A DNA stretch of 64,000 bases from Justusliebigvirus VEcB: sequence record OZ035773.1, one strand, 5' to 3'. Positions 1 through 9,583 of the stretch are shown here, piece after piece. Each line of letters begins with the position of its first letter. The stretch's first letter is position 1. The translations under genes were made by a program, and so were the position numbers. The notes beneath the pieces were generated by a model. It was given only the letters and a program-made list of their open reading frames with translations, ran no database searches and was not told where the DNA came from.

Positions 1-672
1 AGTTACCCTATCTTTTCCCAACCCTTGTTTGTGCACCATTAGGTAGTTTTTAGTGATCATTCTACCAAAAGCAGAGGTATCCAAACCTAAACTAATTGTT
101 ATAAAAGGTGACTGACCATTTACACTCATTAGAGTGTTCACTTGGTAGATTAAAGTTTGCATTGCATCATAGACCTGTTTATCTACCATACGCATAGCAA
201 TATCATAATCGCCAACATCGGCATATATTTTATTAAAACTTGCTTTAACGTATTGACTAAGCCCAGTATCAACATGTGCACAAGTTTGTCCACCATATTG
301 GCTAGAAGCTACTGCTTGAATAATTTGAGTTAGGACAGTAGTCGCTACACCGATAGATTTTGGTTTTTCAATATGTGCATTACCAATACGGAAACCGTTC
401 TCAAGCATATCTTGGTAATTTACCAGGCAACAATTAGTTAAAGGTGAGAGTAAATAATCTAAATCGTGGATGTGACCATACCCACTTTTATGCCATTCTG
501 CTAAATCTTCCGGTAAAATATGGGTCATTGCCATGTGCTTGCTTAGGATACCTGCTAGTAAGTCTCGGTGAGTATTAACAATCATTGCAGGTTTGTTTGC
601 ATTTTCACGAGTAAATTCTTCGGATGTTTGTTCGAGGAATCCGATTACATCCTCATATAGTTTTTGGGTCAT
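1..672 (-). CDS. nrdD: anaerobic ribonucleoside-triphosphate reductase NrdD, N-terminal part (3' end beyond left edge)
   Basis: Minus-strand translation from ATG 672 (SD GGAGGA upstream) gives MTQKLYEDV...RDLLAGI...HIHDLDY...NCCLV...PKSIGVAT, typical class III RNR core; ORF open to position 1. Confidence 0.8.
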   Translation of the reverse strand, partial: MTQKLYEDVIGFLEQTSEEFTRENANKPAMIVNTHRDLLAGILSKHMAMTHILPEDLAEWHKSGYGHIHDLDYLLSPLTNCCLVNYQDMLENGFRIGNAHIEKPKSIGVATTVLTQIIQAVASSQYGGQTCAHVDTGLSQYVKASFNKIYADVGDYDIAMRMVDKQVYDAMQTLIYQVNTLMSVNGQSPFITISLGLDTSAFGRMITKNYLMVHKQGLGKDRVT

Positions 673-761
673 TAATCCTCCGTGGAAAATAAAAGCCAGC
701 TTAATGCTGGCTTTAGGGTGGATCTTTATTTTAAATCTTTTTCGTAAGATTGTCCTTGATC

Positions 762-1712
762 TTAGTCAAGGTTTTTGGTAATACGTGTACAACCGTCAGA
801 AGTCAAACCGTCAACTTGAGTTTCCCAAGTGCCATGAATATTTCGGAACAATGTTGTTACACCTTTTGGTTCATTAATAATGATTGCCATAACAAGTTTA
901 GGATCGATAACAGACATAATCTTTTCCTCAATACCCTCTGTAATAACATTATTGCGCACAATATTAATTGCATCTTCTTGTACAGTAAGAGCACTTACGT
1001 TCTTAAGAGTATATACCTGCTGCGTAGTGTAAATGATACGAACATAGCTTACAGAACGAGTAGGCACAGGTTTACGCGGTCGGCGAAAACGTGGTTTTGG
1101 TGAAGATTCAGTCTTACTTTCATTTTTTGAATAATACTCCTCAAACAGTTTAGTAAATGTTTTTACATCAACTACAAACCGATCTTTCCTATATGGAGAA
1201 TTCTTATGTGCACCATTAATACCACTGTTTTCATCGAAGAAAGTAATGTTTTCTTCAGTTGAATATGTTAGATAATGGTCTGCATCTTTCCAATGTGGTT
1301 GTGGACAATGCGGATTACAAACGGAAAGCAGATAACTAATATCTTCTTCCGTTGCACTAGTATCCAGGAAACACGTATTATGCACAGTCAGTTGTACTTT
1401 TTCAGCCATATCTTTTTCTTTATCCTCATTGGTAAGATATTCAGTACGAAGAATTTCCAGAAAATTTTCAGGTGTTACTTCCATAAATGTATATTCAGGA
1501 TGAAGTTCCATATATTCAAATCCACAACCATCTAATTGCTGTAGAAAGTTAGGGTAGAAGAACAAGTCATTAACACTGTGAATCAGATCATTGATTTCTG
1601 CTTCAAACGTGTAACCAAAACTTTTGTGAATTGCCTCGTTAAGAATATGCAGGATACCCATCTCTTCTGCTGCTTTTTTAACTTCCAGTTTATTAGCGTA
1701 AAATGCAATCAT
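762..1712 (-). CDS. hypothetical protein (316 aa)
   Basis: Track ORF; SD AGAAGGAGAA upstream of ATG 1712; no recognisable motif. Confidence 0.55.
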   Translation of the reverse strand: MIAFYANKLEVKKAAEEMGILHILNEAIHKSFGYTFEAEINDLIHSVNDLFFYPNFLQQLDGCGFEYMELHPEYTFMEVTPENFLEILRTEYLTNEDKEKDMAEKVQLTVHNTCFLDTSATEEDISYLLSVCNPHCPQPHWKDADHYLTYSTEENITFFDENSGINGAHKNSPYRKDRFVVDVKTFTKLFEEYYSKNESKTESSPKPRFRRPRKPVPTRSVSYVRIIYTTQQVYTLKNVSALTVQEDAINIVRNNVITEGIEEKIMSVIDPKLVMAIIINEPKGVTTLFRNIHGTWETQVDGLTSDGCTRITKNLD

Positions 1713-1729
1713 TATGTTCTCCTTCTAAA

Positions 1730-2164
1730 TTAGTTTAAAATTTCTTTGGCAATGGTAGAAGCAAGTTTTCCATCATATTGATTAGGATACTCTGCTTTAA
1801 GGTGCTTCATCATATCTGGCATTTTCTTGCCTGTCAAGGCAAATTCTTCAGCAATCGCTCGAAGGTCATCTTCAGATAGCATTTCTGGTAAATATTTTTC
1901 CAGAGTGGTGATATCACGCATAGCTCGCTCACATTTGCTAAGGGAAGCATTAACTTTCTTAAGTGAGTCTAGCTCCTCTTTAGCGTGTGCAATACCAATC
2001 TTAACAATGTTAATCATAATATCATCTTCTGATTTATTTAGATTTGCCTTTTGAGTACGAGCAAGGTCAAACTCACCAATAATATTAGTTAACAAAGCAA
2101 AAGCACCCTTATCGGTTGTACGTGCTAAGATACGATCTGCTTTCATTTGTGTCACAATAGACAT
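1730..2164 (-). CDS. GatB/YqeY-domain protein
   Basis: 144 aa, size and helical pattern resemble YqeY/GatB C-terminal domain; SD AGAGGAGAA. Confidence 0.5.
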   Translation of the reverse strand: MSIVTQMKADRILARTTDKGAFALLTNIIGEFDLARTQKANLNKSEDDIMINIVKIGIAHAKEELDSLKKVNASLSKCERAMRDITTLEKYLPEMLSEDDLRAIAEEFALTGKKMPDMMKHLKAEYPNQYDGKLASTIAKEILN

Positions 2165-2176
2165 TCTATTCTCCTC

Positions 2177-2749
2177 TTATTTGCTAATGCTTTGAATGTT
2201 ATTTACAACACGGTTTATTGCCAGTGAAGCCCTAGGCTCCGCAATACCTGTTGCATAGATATAAGGATGACCTTTTGGAGACTCCCTCATACCGAATGAA
2301 CCTAATTCTAAACCATATTCATCCTCTACGTCAACCCCAATATTAGTGGGTACTAAATATGTTTTAACTCCATAGTAAGTAGAGAAGAAACAGCGCATAG
2401 AGTTAGCATACTCTTCAATTGTAGCATCAGGATAGAACTCAATCAACTCCAATTTCAAGAAAATATTAAAATGGGTATCATCTAAATTTTCTTCTGTGCG
2501 GTAACATGGTGTTAGTGCCATATACGGATTACCTACTGCAAATTCAAAACCATCCTTCTCCATTTGCAGGAAAGATTGTTCTGCACTAGCTACATAGTAT
2601 TTACCGTTAGGATGCCCTAATGGGCGATCCTCTTTATTTTCTGGTAGTGTATACGCCAGTATATCAGCATCCACGAGATATGGAACTTCTAACATTTGTG
2701 CAAATCGACCATAGTAATCAATAGCTTGAGCTATTACTGCAACATTCAT
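2177..2749 (-). CDS. hypothetical protein (190 aa)
   Basis: Track ORF; SD GGAGG upstream; 4-nt overlap with upstream gene (operon). Confidence 0.5.
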   Translation of the reverse strand: MNVAVIAQAIDYYGRFAQMLEVPYLVDADILAYTLPENKEDRPLGHPNGKYYVASAEQSFLQMEKDGFEFAVGNPYMALTPCYRTEENLDDTHFNIFLKLELIEFYPDATIEEYANSMRCFFSTYYGVKTYLVPTNIGVDVEDEYGLELGSFGMRESPKGHPYIYATGIAEPRASLAINRVVNNIQSISK

Positions 2750-2997
2750 GATCGACCTCCATTGCGGAATGCACGTTTAGTAATGTTTGACATAGTGATC
2801 AAATCTTGAAGCGTCATATCAGGAAAATGCTGTTCAAGAACACCTTCAACAGCGCCTACAATATCTGATAACTCAATAAGTTGCATCAGCTTGCAATCTT
2901 GATCAATAGCATCTTGAAGTTCATAAAGCTCTTCTTGAATCTTAGCAACAGAACCATATTCCTCTTTGCTAATCTCCTTCAAATGATACCCTGCCAC
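2746..2997 (-). CDS. MazG-like nucleotide pyrophosphohydrolase (small all-alpha NTP-PPase)
   Basis: 83 aa; EExxE..D metal-binding motifs (IQEELYELQDAIDQ, ELSDIVGAVEGV); SD AAGGGGGG. Confidence 0.55.
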   Translation of the reverse strand: MAGYHLKEISKEEYGSVAKIQEELYELQDAIDQDCKLMQLIELSDIVGAVEGVLEQHFPDMTLQDLITMSNITKRAFRNGGRS

Positions 2998-3008
2998 TTT
3001 AACCCCCC

Positions 3009-5783
3009 TTAGTTTACCAGTTTATTTATATCTGGTAAAAGATTTATTTCACCTAAGAAATCACCTTCACCTTCCTCTAGCCAACTCTCATATGCTTGTG
3101 CATGATTATAGTTACCATCAAAAGAATCTGCAACAAATTTTTCTACAGTTTTTCGAGATGTGCCAGCACCAAATACACCAAGTTTAATACCATTGATCGG
3201 TAAAGTGGTGCTTGTGGGTACTTTCTCTGTTGCAACACGGTTGATATCTATAATCTCCTGTACGGTTGTATTCCATTGTAAGCATTTAACACAACGGGTA
3301 TGCGCTACATACAGTAGGTTTCGCTCTGCCTCTTCTAGTCCTACCCATTCACCAGTCTTTTTATCATAATTGGAAGGAAAATCATTAGCAACAATAACCT
3401 GATCCCACTCCAAACCTTTAGACTTGTGTGCTGTAGTCAATGTGACTTTTGCTGTAGGAGAATTTCTATGCGTTCTAAGGGTATGTGCTATAGTGTTTGC
3501 CTTACCAGAAACTACAATGTTTAACAAGCGTTTAGCATCTGGATCAGCCTCTGCACACTCAACAAATTCATCCCAGTCTGCGTAAGGTAATACAGTTTCA
3601 TGTTTTACTTTCTCAATATCTCCTCTCCGAAGAGCATTAACACTATCTACCATAGAGATAAAATCCCTGGTATCTACGTTAATAATAATTTCTTCCCCAT
3701 CTGCAATACGATCCATTGCCTCCATAAGCAAGGTTAAATTCTTGCGAAAGATGATAGTGTAAGGTTTTGTATAGTCTACAACATCTGATTTGTAGCTACC
3801 TACTACAGTATCAAAGCCTTTACCAACCAAAGGATGACGCAAAGGTTCTTTATCGCTTAAAATCATATTGGCAATGTTTGCCACTTTGGGGCCAAAACGG
3901 AAGCAAGCAGTTAATGGAAGTTCTGCCCCATACTTAGCTGTTTCAATCATCATATTAGAGCTACCTCTAAATTGATAAATGCAGTTGTGGCTAAGAATTT
4001 CATTGCCAAAGAAGTTAGCAGTATCCTCTACTTCAATATCATAATAGATACCCTCACTATCTACAATGTCCACAATCTCTTCTGCCGTTACAGTATCACC
4101 ATCTTTTACCAACACAGACATGCCTTTAAACAAACCCGCTGCCGGAATTAAGTTATATTTGGCACTGTTCACAGAGGACATGCATTCTTTTAAAGATGCA
4201 AACGGAACTATTTCAAGGATCTTTTGTGCAAAACTCAATGCTTCACGATAAGAATTGAAATATTTACGTACACGGTAACGACCTTCCAATTTAGCAGCAC
4301 TTACGCTTACACCTGCTTTAATCAGTGAAGAATAGATCGGCATTTCACTTTCTGTCCACTCAAAACTAACTTGTGTTCCTTTACAACCTTGCGCTCGCAA
4401 AGTCACTGTTAGCATTTTTCTTTCATCTACTGCACAATTGATGCTGTGCCAGTGTGGATAAGCAAAATGATAATCTTTATCCTCTAAAAGTTTAAAACCA
4501 TTTTGTCCGAATTGTTCAAAGATGTTATTGATCTTTTCTTGATTAATGCCGCGTGAACTTGCTTCAAATACACAAGTAGGAATGCCATATTGTAAACTGT
4601 AAGCCATTTCTTTTTCCATAGCAGCTTCACGGTTTTCAACAATATCCAACACCCATAATTTCTGTGCTTTTTCAGAACGTGTACGTTGCCCCAGTTTAGA
4701 AAAACCTTCTTTATCATCGAATTTGTTAGTGATCCCTACTCGGAAACCTAAATCTTTCCTCCACATTAGGTATACCACCATCTGATCATCTTTCAGAACA
4801 TAGGATGAAGCCCAAATACGATGGTTATGTGTCATATCTAAAGTTTTACCTGTGGCAGTAATAATATTCCTACCTTTTGTACGTGTAGATAAAGTCTTAT
4901 TTGTTACTTTTCTAAATGTAATTTTACCATTAGAATAAGACTCTACCTTATCACCGATTTGTAGGTCTTTCATTGTAACCTGACCATTCTCGGTATTAAG
5001 TACCGTGTTTTCCGACACACATTGGAATTCGTCACCCACTACCACAATTTGTTTTGCAGATTTAGCATTTCGCAGAATAGACAAGAATGCAGGGTTAACA
5101 TCCTGGAATTCATCACCAAAAATAATATCATAACCAAGATCAGCACCAGACAATTCAAACAATTTTACATAGGTGTCATGCGTCATCAAAGTATCTGTAT
5201 TAGGATCAATGCGCTCTCGCCACAATTGTTTTGCATACTTAACTACTTCTGTAATTAGTTTGTGTTCGTTAATACCTTTTCTTTTAATATCTGCAAGATG
5301 TACACTAGGAAAATGTTTACGGCTGATAAAAGGATCATCCGAAAATTCAAACTTACCTACGGTTTGCTTGATCATTAAACCGATCATAGCACGAGTTAAA
5401 AGTGTTTTCCCTCGTTTATCAATAAGATTATTAATCTTAAATTTCTTTGCTATCTCGCTACCTGTACCTGCAACGTTAACATACTGTCCTTCTGGTCGTG
5501 ACAGTTTTGCACGTAAACGATGGTCCAGGAATTGATAGCAAATAGAATGCAATGTACGGCATTCTACATTTAGTGGCATCTTACGTCGTGCTTCTTCTGC
5601 CATGCTTTTATTGAAAGCTAAGTAAAGAATGCGATCTTCTGTACTGTTAGCCAGCAAATAAAGTGTTGACGTTTTGCCTGATCCAGATTTAGCTTGGATA
5701 GTTAAAAAGCGATGGTCTGGAAAAGCCTCCTTAATAGCTGTTTGCTCTTCTGTTGGAGTGAAGCTCAACTCTTTCTTAGCCAT
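3009..5783 (-). CDS. UvrD/PcrA-like SF1 DNA helicase, interrupted by an intein
   Basis: Walker A AKSGSGKTST, motif II GDEFQD, motif III GDEFQ|CIYQFRG split by in-frame insert; start placed at ATG 5783 (SD AAGAGAGG), track ORF extends 13 codons further. Confidence 0.8.
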   Translation of the reverse strand: MAKKELSFTPTEEQTAIKEAFPDHRFLTIQAKSGSGKTSTLYLLANSTEDRILYLAFNKSMAEEARRKMPLNVECRTLHSICYQFLDHRLRAKLSRPEGQYVNVAGTGSEIAKKFKINNLIDKRGKTLLTRAMIGLMIKQTVGKFEFSDDPFISRKHFPSVHLADIKRKGINEHKLITEVVKYAKQLWRERIDPNTDTLMTHDTYVKLFELSGADLGYDIIFGDEFQDVNPAFLSILRNAKSAKQIVVVGDEFQCVSENTVLNTENGQVTMKDLQIGDKVESYSNGKITFRKVTNKTLSTRTKGRNIITATGKTLDMTHNHRIWASSYVLKDDQMVVYLMWRKDLGFRVGITNKFDDKEGFSKLGQRTRSEKAQKLWVLDIVENREAAMEKEMAYSLQYGIPTCVFEASSRGINQEKINNIFEQFGQNGFKLLEDKDYHFAYPHWHSINCAVDERKMLTVTLRAQGCKGTQVSFEWTESEMPIYSSLIKAGVSVSAAKLEGRYRVRKYFNSYREALSFAQKILEIVPFASLKECMSSVNSAKYNLIPAAGLFKGMSVLVKDGDTVTAEEIVDIVDSEGIYYDIEVEDTANFFGNEILSHNCIYQFRGSSNMMIETAKYGAELPLTACFRFGPKVANIANMILSDKEPLRHPLVGKGFDTVVGSYKSDVVDYTKPYTIIFRKNLTLLMEAMDRIADGEEIIINVDTRDFISMVDSVNALRRGDIEKVKHETVLPYADWDEFVECAEADPDAKRLLNIVVSGKANTIAHTLRTHRNSPTAKVTLTTAHKSKGLEWDQVIVANDFPSNYDKKTGEWVGLEEAERNLLYVAHTRCVKCLQWNTTVQEIIDINRVATEKVPTSTTLPINGIKLGVFGAGTSRKTVEKFVADSFDGNYNHAQAYESWLEEGEGDFLGEINLLPDINKLVN
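3984..5021 (-). mobile_element. intein (346 aa) within helicase motif III
   Basis: Insert begins with Cys (CVSENTVL), has TxxH block (THNHRIW), ends ...SHN followed by Cys (+1); flanked by contiguous helicase motif III halves. Confidence 0.7.
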
Positions 5784-5784
5784 T

Positions 5785-6261
5785 TCAACCTCTCTTAATT
5801 TGTTTAACAAGCATAGGAACAAAATCTCGTTTTAAAATTTGTTCAATAATATGATCAGGTAGCTGTTGGAAATTATAATTAAAAGCTACTGTCTCACCTT
5901 TAGGTGTTTCTACCCGCACATATAACATGTTACGAAGTTTATCCACTTGTGCTGTATATTCTAAACCATGTAATTGATGCATTGCAAACATCAAATCATC
6001 AGTTTCAGTTTGGAATCTATCATTTGCTTGCATTAAGGATAAGGTAAAAGGTAGATTTTCCCTAAGAGCCACCTTCTTAGGAACTAGTGAAGGAAAATAC
6101 TCACCAATAACTTCCTGTGTAAGCTGGATACACTCTTTTTCAAGTTGGTTTTGTTCCTTAAGTTCACAAACACTTTTTTGTAAAGTGTTAACCTCTTTTT
6201 GCAAAGCTGCTAGTTGAGCACTTAACTTTCTTTTTTGATTACGACCAAAACGTTTAGACAT
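5785..6261 (-). CDS. hypothetical protein (158 aa), coiled-coil N-terminus
   Basis: Track ORF; SD AGGGGGAAAT upstream. Confidence 0.5.
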   Translation of the reverse strand: MSKRFGRNQKRKLSAQLAALQKEVNTLQKSVCELKEQNQLEKECIQLTQEVIGEYFPSLVPKKVALRENLPFTLSLMQANDRFQTETDDLMFAMHQLHGLEYTAQVDKLRNMLYVRVETPKGETVAFNYNFQQLPDHIIEQILKRDFVPMLVKQIKRG

Positions 6262-6269
6262 ATTTCCCC

Positions 6270-6785
6270 CTAGTAAAACCCTTTAACAATCTGTATTAAC
6301 TCGGCACAACGGTTGACCAACTTTTCCTCATACAATACACGTTGTGGCATATGTTGTATAATATACTCCATTTGCTCATGCCATGTCCACTTTTCTTTTT
6401 TGTCTGGGATAACATCACTAGCACGAGAATTATCTTTTAATGTTTGTATAATCCAATTGCTTGGAAAGTGCTCTCCACCTTTCTTAAATGGTTTATAGTG
6501 GCCTAGAGTAAATTGAGAATCCCCTGTTAGAGCACCCAATTTATTTAGATGGATAATCAAACTACGAAACACGTAGTATTCATAGATGTTATCCACCGTA
6601 TAGCAAGCATAATATTTCAAGATGCCCTTATCTCGCGGATACTTACCAACATCCAGATTGCACCAGTTGACATTTTCTGGATCATAGTGGTGTTCCTTAA
6701 GCCATATTTCTCTTTCATCAAAGTCTGGATATATTACCGCTCTGCTTACAGAGTCAACAAGTGGAGATTGAGCATCAAAAAACAT
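6270..6785 (-). CDS. hypothetical protein (171 aa)
   Basis: Track ORF; SD TAAGGAAAA upstream. Confidence 0.5.
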   Translation of the reverse strand: MFFDAQSPLVDSVSRAVIYPDFDEREIWLKEHHYDPENVNWCNLDVGKYPRDKGILKYYACYTVDNIYEYYVFRSLIIHLNKLGALTGDSQFTLGHYKPFKKGGEHFPSNWIIQTLKDNSRASDVIPDKKEKWTWHEQMEYIIQHMPQRVLYEEKLVNRCAELIQIVKGFY

Positions 6786-6806
6786 TATATTTTCCTTATT
6801 GGTTTG

Positions 6807-7172
6807 TTAAACGTTTTCTAAATCTTTTAAGGCATTACCCAACGTTAGAACAATAACATCGTTTGCTGCCTCTTCCCCATTGATATTGGTGAAATTTGGT
6901 GTGACAAAAGTAACCATATAAAACTCGTCCACCTGGAAGACAGCAATAACACCATCCATCTTAACATCTTGACGAAAGGAAAAACCAAGCATCTTCTCTT
7001 GCAAAGGCATATCCCCTTCCTTCATTACTGCCAGGGAGTTTTCAGGAATGTTATATTTATCTGCTCCGATGTAGATGTACGTAATGTTATCTTTATCGTG
7101 ATGATACAGGGTTGCTTTTTCCATATCTAAACCTGACAGATCAAATACGTTAATTTCTTGTGTAGTCTTCAT
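6807..7172 (-). CDS. hypothetical protein (121 aa)
   Basis: Start moved to ATG 7172 with strong SD TGGGAGGA; track ORF extends upstream into neighbouring gene. Confidence 0.5.
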   Translation of the reverse strand: MKTTQEINVFDLSGLDMEKATLYHHDKDNITYIYIGADKYNIPENSLAVMKEGDMPLQEKMLGFSFRQDVKMDGVIAVFQVDEFYMVTFVTPNFTNINGEEAANDVIVLTLGNALKDLENV

Positions 7173-7536
7173 AAATATCCTCCCAAATCCAATAATCATC
7201 TGTGTAAGTAGGATGCCTTTTATCCCACTCTGTTCTAGCCCAAGCAACCGCTGCTACCAACACATCACCATGACAAGGTTGAGGTGCGCAGAAGCAAACT
7301 AAGTCTTTCCCTTCTAATTCTAATAAATCTTCAAGAGTGATTTTACCACAACGAATTTGCTCCCACAACCACTCTTTATATCTTTGTATAGTTGATCCTC
7401 GTGGTTCATCATCCTTTAACTTAAAAGGATTTGCAAACTTTGAGGCTTTTAACCCCATATGAGGCATAGCTCTGCCAATGTACACTGCACCTTCAGGTAT
7501 TACTTTACCTAAGTGGTAAAAATTTAATACTTTCAT
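7150..7536 (-). CDS. DUF4326-family protein
   Basis: Motifs VYIGR...SKFANPF...YKEWLW...LEGKDLVCFCAPQPCHGDVL characteristic of DUF4326; ATG 7536. Confidence 0.6.
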   Translation of the reverse strand: MKVLNFYHLGKVIPEGAVYIGRAMPHMGLKASKFANPFKLKDDEPRGSTIQRYKEWLWEQIRCGKITLEDLLELEGKDLVCFCAPQPCHGDVLVAAVAWARTEWDKRHPTYTDDYWIWEDIYEDYTRN

Positions 7537-7537
7537 A

Positions 7538-7888
7538 TTAACCCAAACACATCTGTGCAATCAAGCCCTGTATAAATTTATTAGCTTCTTTACTGTCGTA
7601 GTCAGTCTCTTCTGGATATCCATCTTCATCGTACACAACTGTACCTTCAATATACCCTGCCTCAATTAAGGCGCGGATTATATCAAATTGCCAGCATGAG
7701 TTACCAAATGGACGTTTACCATTAAAACACTCTTCTTCTCTCCATAACGTAGAGAGTAGTTGTCGGAAATATTCCCGTACAGTGACAGTACCAAGATCTG
7801 AATCCTCAAACATAACATCCAAGGCATCAGGATTGCTTTTCTCTACATAAGGAATATATTTAACACCATTAATAGTTACATCAAGCAT
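7538..7888 (-). CDS. hypothetical protein (116 aa)
   Basis: Track ORF; strong SD AAGGAGAAATAA. Confidence 0.55.
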   Translation of the reverse strand: MLDVTINGVKYIPYVEKSNPDALDVMFEDSDLGTVTVREYFRQLLSTLWREEECFNGKRPFGNSCWQFDIIRALIEAGYIEGTVVYDEDGYPEETDYDSKEANKFIQGLIAQMCLG

Positions 7889-8251
7889 TTATTTCTCCTT
7901 ATCATCATATTCTAGGAACATATCTGCACGATATGCTTTACGCTCTTCAAACTTAGCAGGATCTACAACAATAAGCAATACAAGGTTAACATCTAAATAC
8001 TTCTTAACAAATAGAAATAAATCTTTTCCACAGTTAAAACCTACACCAGTATAGGCATCCCCATATTGATCTACTGATTTAATCTTCTTACTAACCGTAC
8101 ACTCTATGCTATTCTTTTCTTCTTGGTATAAGGCTTTCCCACCCCAATATGTAAAGAATTTAGTACCGTCAGCACCAAGTTTAAAACCCTCTGTTGCATG
8201 TCCCGCAAATGAAAGTAAACATAACCAAGTGATCATCAGGTACTTTAGCAT
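7889..8251 (-). CDS. secreted/periplasmic protein with N-terminal signal peptide
   Basis: From ATG 8251: MLKYLMITWLCLLSFAGHA|TEG (h-region + AxA-like site); track ORF has 18 extra N-terminal codons without RBS. Confidence 0.5.
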   Translation of the reverse strand: MLKYLMITWLCLLSFAGHATEGFKLGADGTKFFTYWGGKALYQEEKNSIECTVSKKIKSVDQYGDAYTGVGFNCGKDLFLFVKKYLDVNLVLLIVVDPAKFEERKAYRADMFLEYDDKEK

Positions 8252-8252
8252 T

Positions 8253-8735
8253 TTAACCACCCAATTGCAAATGTTTAGAAAGAACAATATCCCATTGATC
8301 ACCACAACCGTTATCTATGCGGAACATAATGTACGTATCATCTTCTTCTACAACATACCGTACCTCATAGGAGTTACAACAGTCTTCCCAATTTTTAACG
8401 GCTTCTGGTGTATGATGTGTAAGAATTTCATTACCATCATATGACCAAAACAAAGGGGTAAGGTTTTCGAAGGTCAGTGAAGTAGGGTTTACTTCATCTT
8501 TAACTGCTTCCTCATATTCTTTATGCGTTTGTACTGCTTTAGTTAGTGTACTCATGTCTATCTCCTTTTCTCCTTCTTGACTATGGAGGATAGCGAACTC
8601 TCTAAACTCCACTTCACGCCATGTTTTCAGGTAGTGCTTTATGATTTTATCAACATCTGTCTGTTCAACATTACTTTTCAAACAATAGTAATCATGGTCT
8701 TCGCCCATTCTACCCCATATGCTATACATTGTCAT
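8253..8735 (-). CDS. hypothetical protein (160 aa)
   Basis: Track ORF; SD AAAGGA. Confidence 0.5.
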   Translation of the reverse strand: MTMYSIWGRMGEDHDYYCLKSNVEQTDVDKIIKHYLKTWREVEFREFAILHSQEGEKEIDMSTLTKAVQTHKEYEEAVKDEVNPTSLTFENLTPLFWSYDGNEILTHHTPEAVKNWEDCCNSYEVRYVVEEDDTYIMFRIDNGCGDQWDIVLSKHLQLGG

Positions 8736-9003
8736 CTGATTGATCCTTTACATTGTTCTTGGCATACACAGGAATAACATCATGGTGATCTTTATTACTT
8801 TCGTCTGTTAAAGCCCAAAACAACTTACCTGCCGGATGTTTAAAGATGTAAGCAATAGGTTCCTCTTCCTGTGCTTCTTTGCTACGGATGCCATCCCGCC
8901 AGGCAAGCCAAGTGTAGATCATCATCTCTTGACGTTCTTCTTCATTAGGCCACAGATGGGGTAGAAAGTTTTTATCAAACCATTGCTTAAATTCTTCAGT
9001 CAT
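8722..9003 (-). CDS. hypothetical protein (93 aa)
   Basis: Track ORF; SD AAGGAG upstream of ATG 9003. Confidence 0.5.
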   Translation of the reverse strand: MTEEFKQWFDKNFLPHLWPNEEERQEMMIYTWLAWRDGIRSKEAQEEEPIAYIFKHPAGKLFWALTDESNKDHHDVIPVYAKNNVKDQSDDNV

Positions 9004-9013
9004 AGTCTACTCC

Positions 9014-9178
9014 TTAGCGTACAAAGTTAACTTCTGCTTCTTTCAGCTTTGACACTTCTACATAACCACCATGATCATCTTTAATCCATTCTTTTCCTTT
9101 ACGAATGATAACAGGATATGTAGAGTGAGTAAGTTTAGGTACAGATCTTTTTGTTTTAGTGATAGAAATGTTTTGCAT
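9014..9178 (-). CDS. small protein (54 aa), below track threshold
   Basis: Hand-translated MQNISITKTKRSVPKLTHSTYPVIIRKGKEWIKDDHGGYVEVSKLKEAEVNFVR; strong SD AAGGAGA 5 nt upstream. Confidence 0.45.
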   Translation of the reverse strand: MQNISITKTKRSVPKLTHSTYPVIIRKGKEWIKDDHGGYVEVSKLKEAEVNFVR

Positions 9179-9238
9179 AGTAGTCTCCTTAGTAAATTTT
9201 ACATAGAGTCTAGATTATTTAGTAGGTAGAGTCAATAA

Positions 9239-9505
9239 CTAATTACTGTTAGATCTGTACTCTGTCTTCCATTCACAATGGTAAACTTCAACAGGTTCTA
9301 ACTTCCAGTGTTCAGGAACTAGTTCAGGACAATATCTACAAAAGAGAAATAGATAGATAACTAAGACAGGTATTAAATAGTAAAATGGTATACGATCATA
9401 ACCATACTTACGAGATAACATGTAGACATATAGATAGGGTATAACAATTAATCCTATAACTATAAGTAAGAAGAGAAGTATAAACCTTAGTGTAGTAACA
9501 TCCAT
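9239..9505 (-). CDS. small membrane protein (2 predicted TM helices)
   Basis: 88 aa, two long hydrophobic stretches; SD AGGAGAATA. Confidence 0.55.
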   Translation of the reverse strand: MDVTTLRFILLFLLIVIGLIVIPYLYVYMLSRKYGYDRIPFYYLIPVLVIYLFLFCRYCPELVPEHWKLEPVEVYHCEWKTEYRSNSN

Positions 9506-9583
9506 AGTATTCTCCTATACAGTAATATACTCTGTTCCTGCCCCTCCATGAGTGACAGGAACAATATCTATAGAGAATACTAA

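Noticed and set aside
593-1103. Plus-strand track ORFs 593-781 and 750-1103
   Set aside because: They lie antisense to the nrdD coding region and the 762-1712 gene, with no RBS or recognisable motif; treated as spurious.
3160-5535. Track ORFs 3160-3369, 4066-4251, 4484-4717, 5022-5258 and 5173-5535 inside the helicase/intein gene
   Set aside because: All overlap the long helicase ORF in other frames or on the other strand; none has an RBS.
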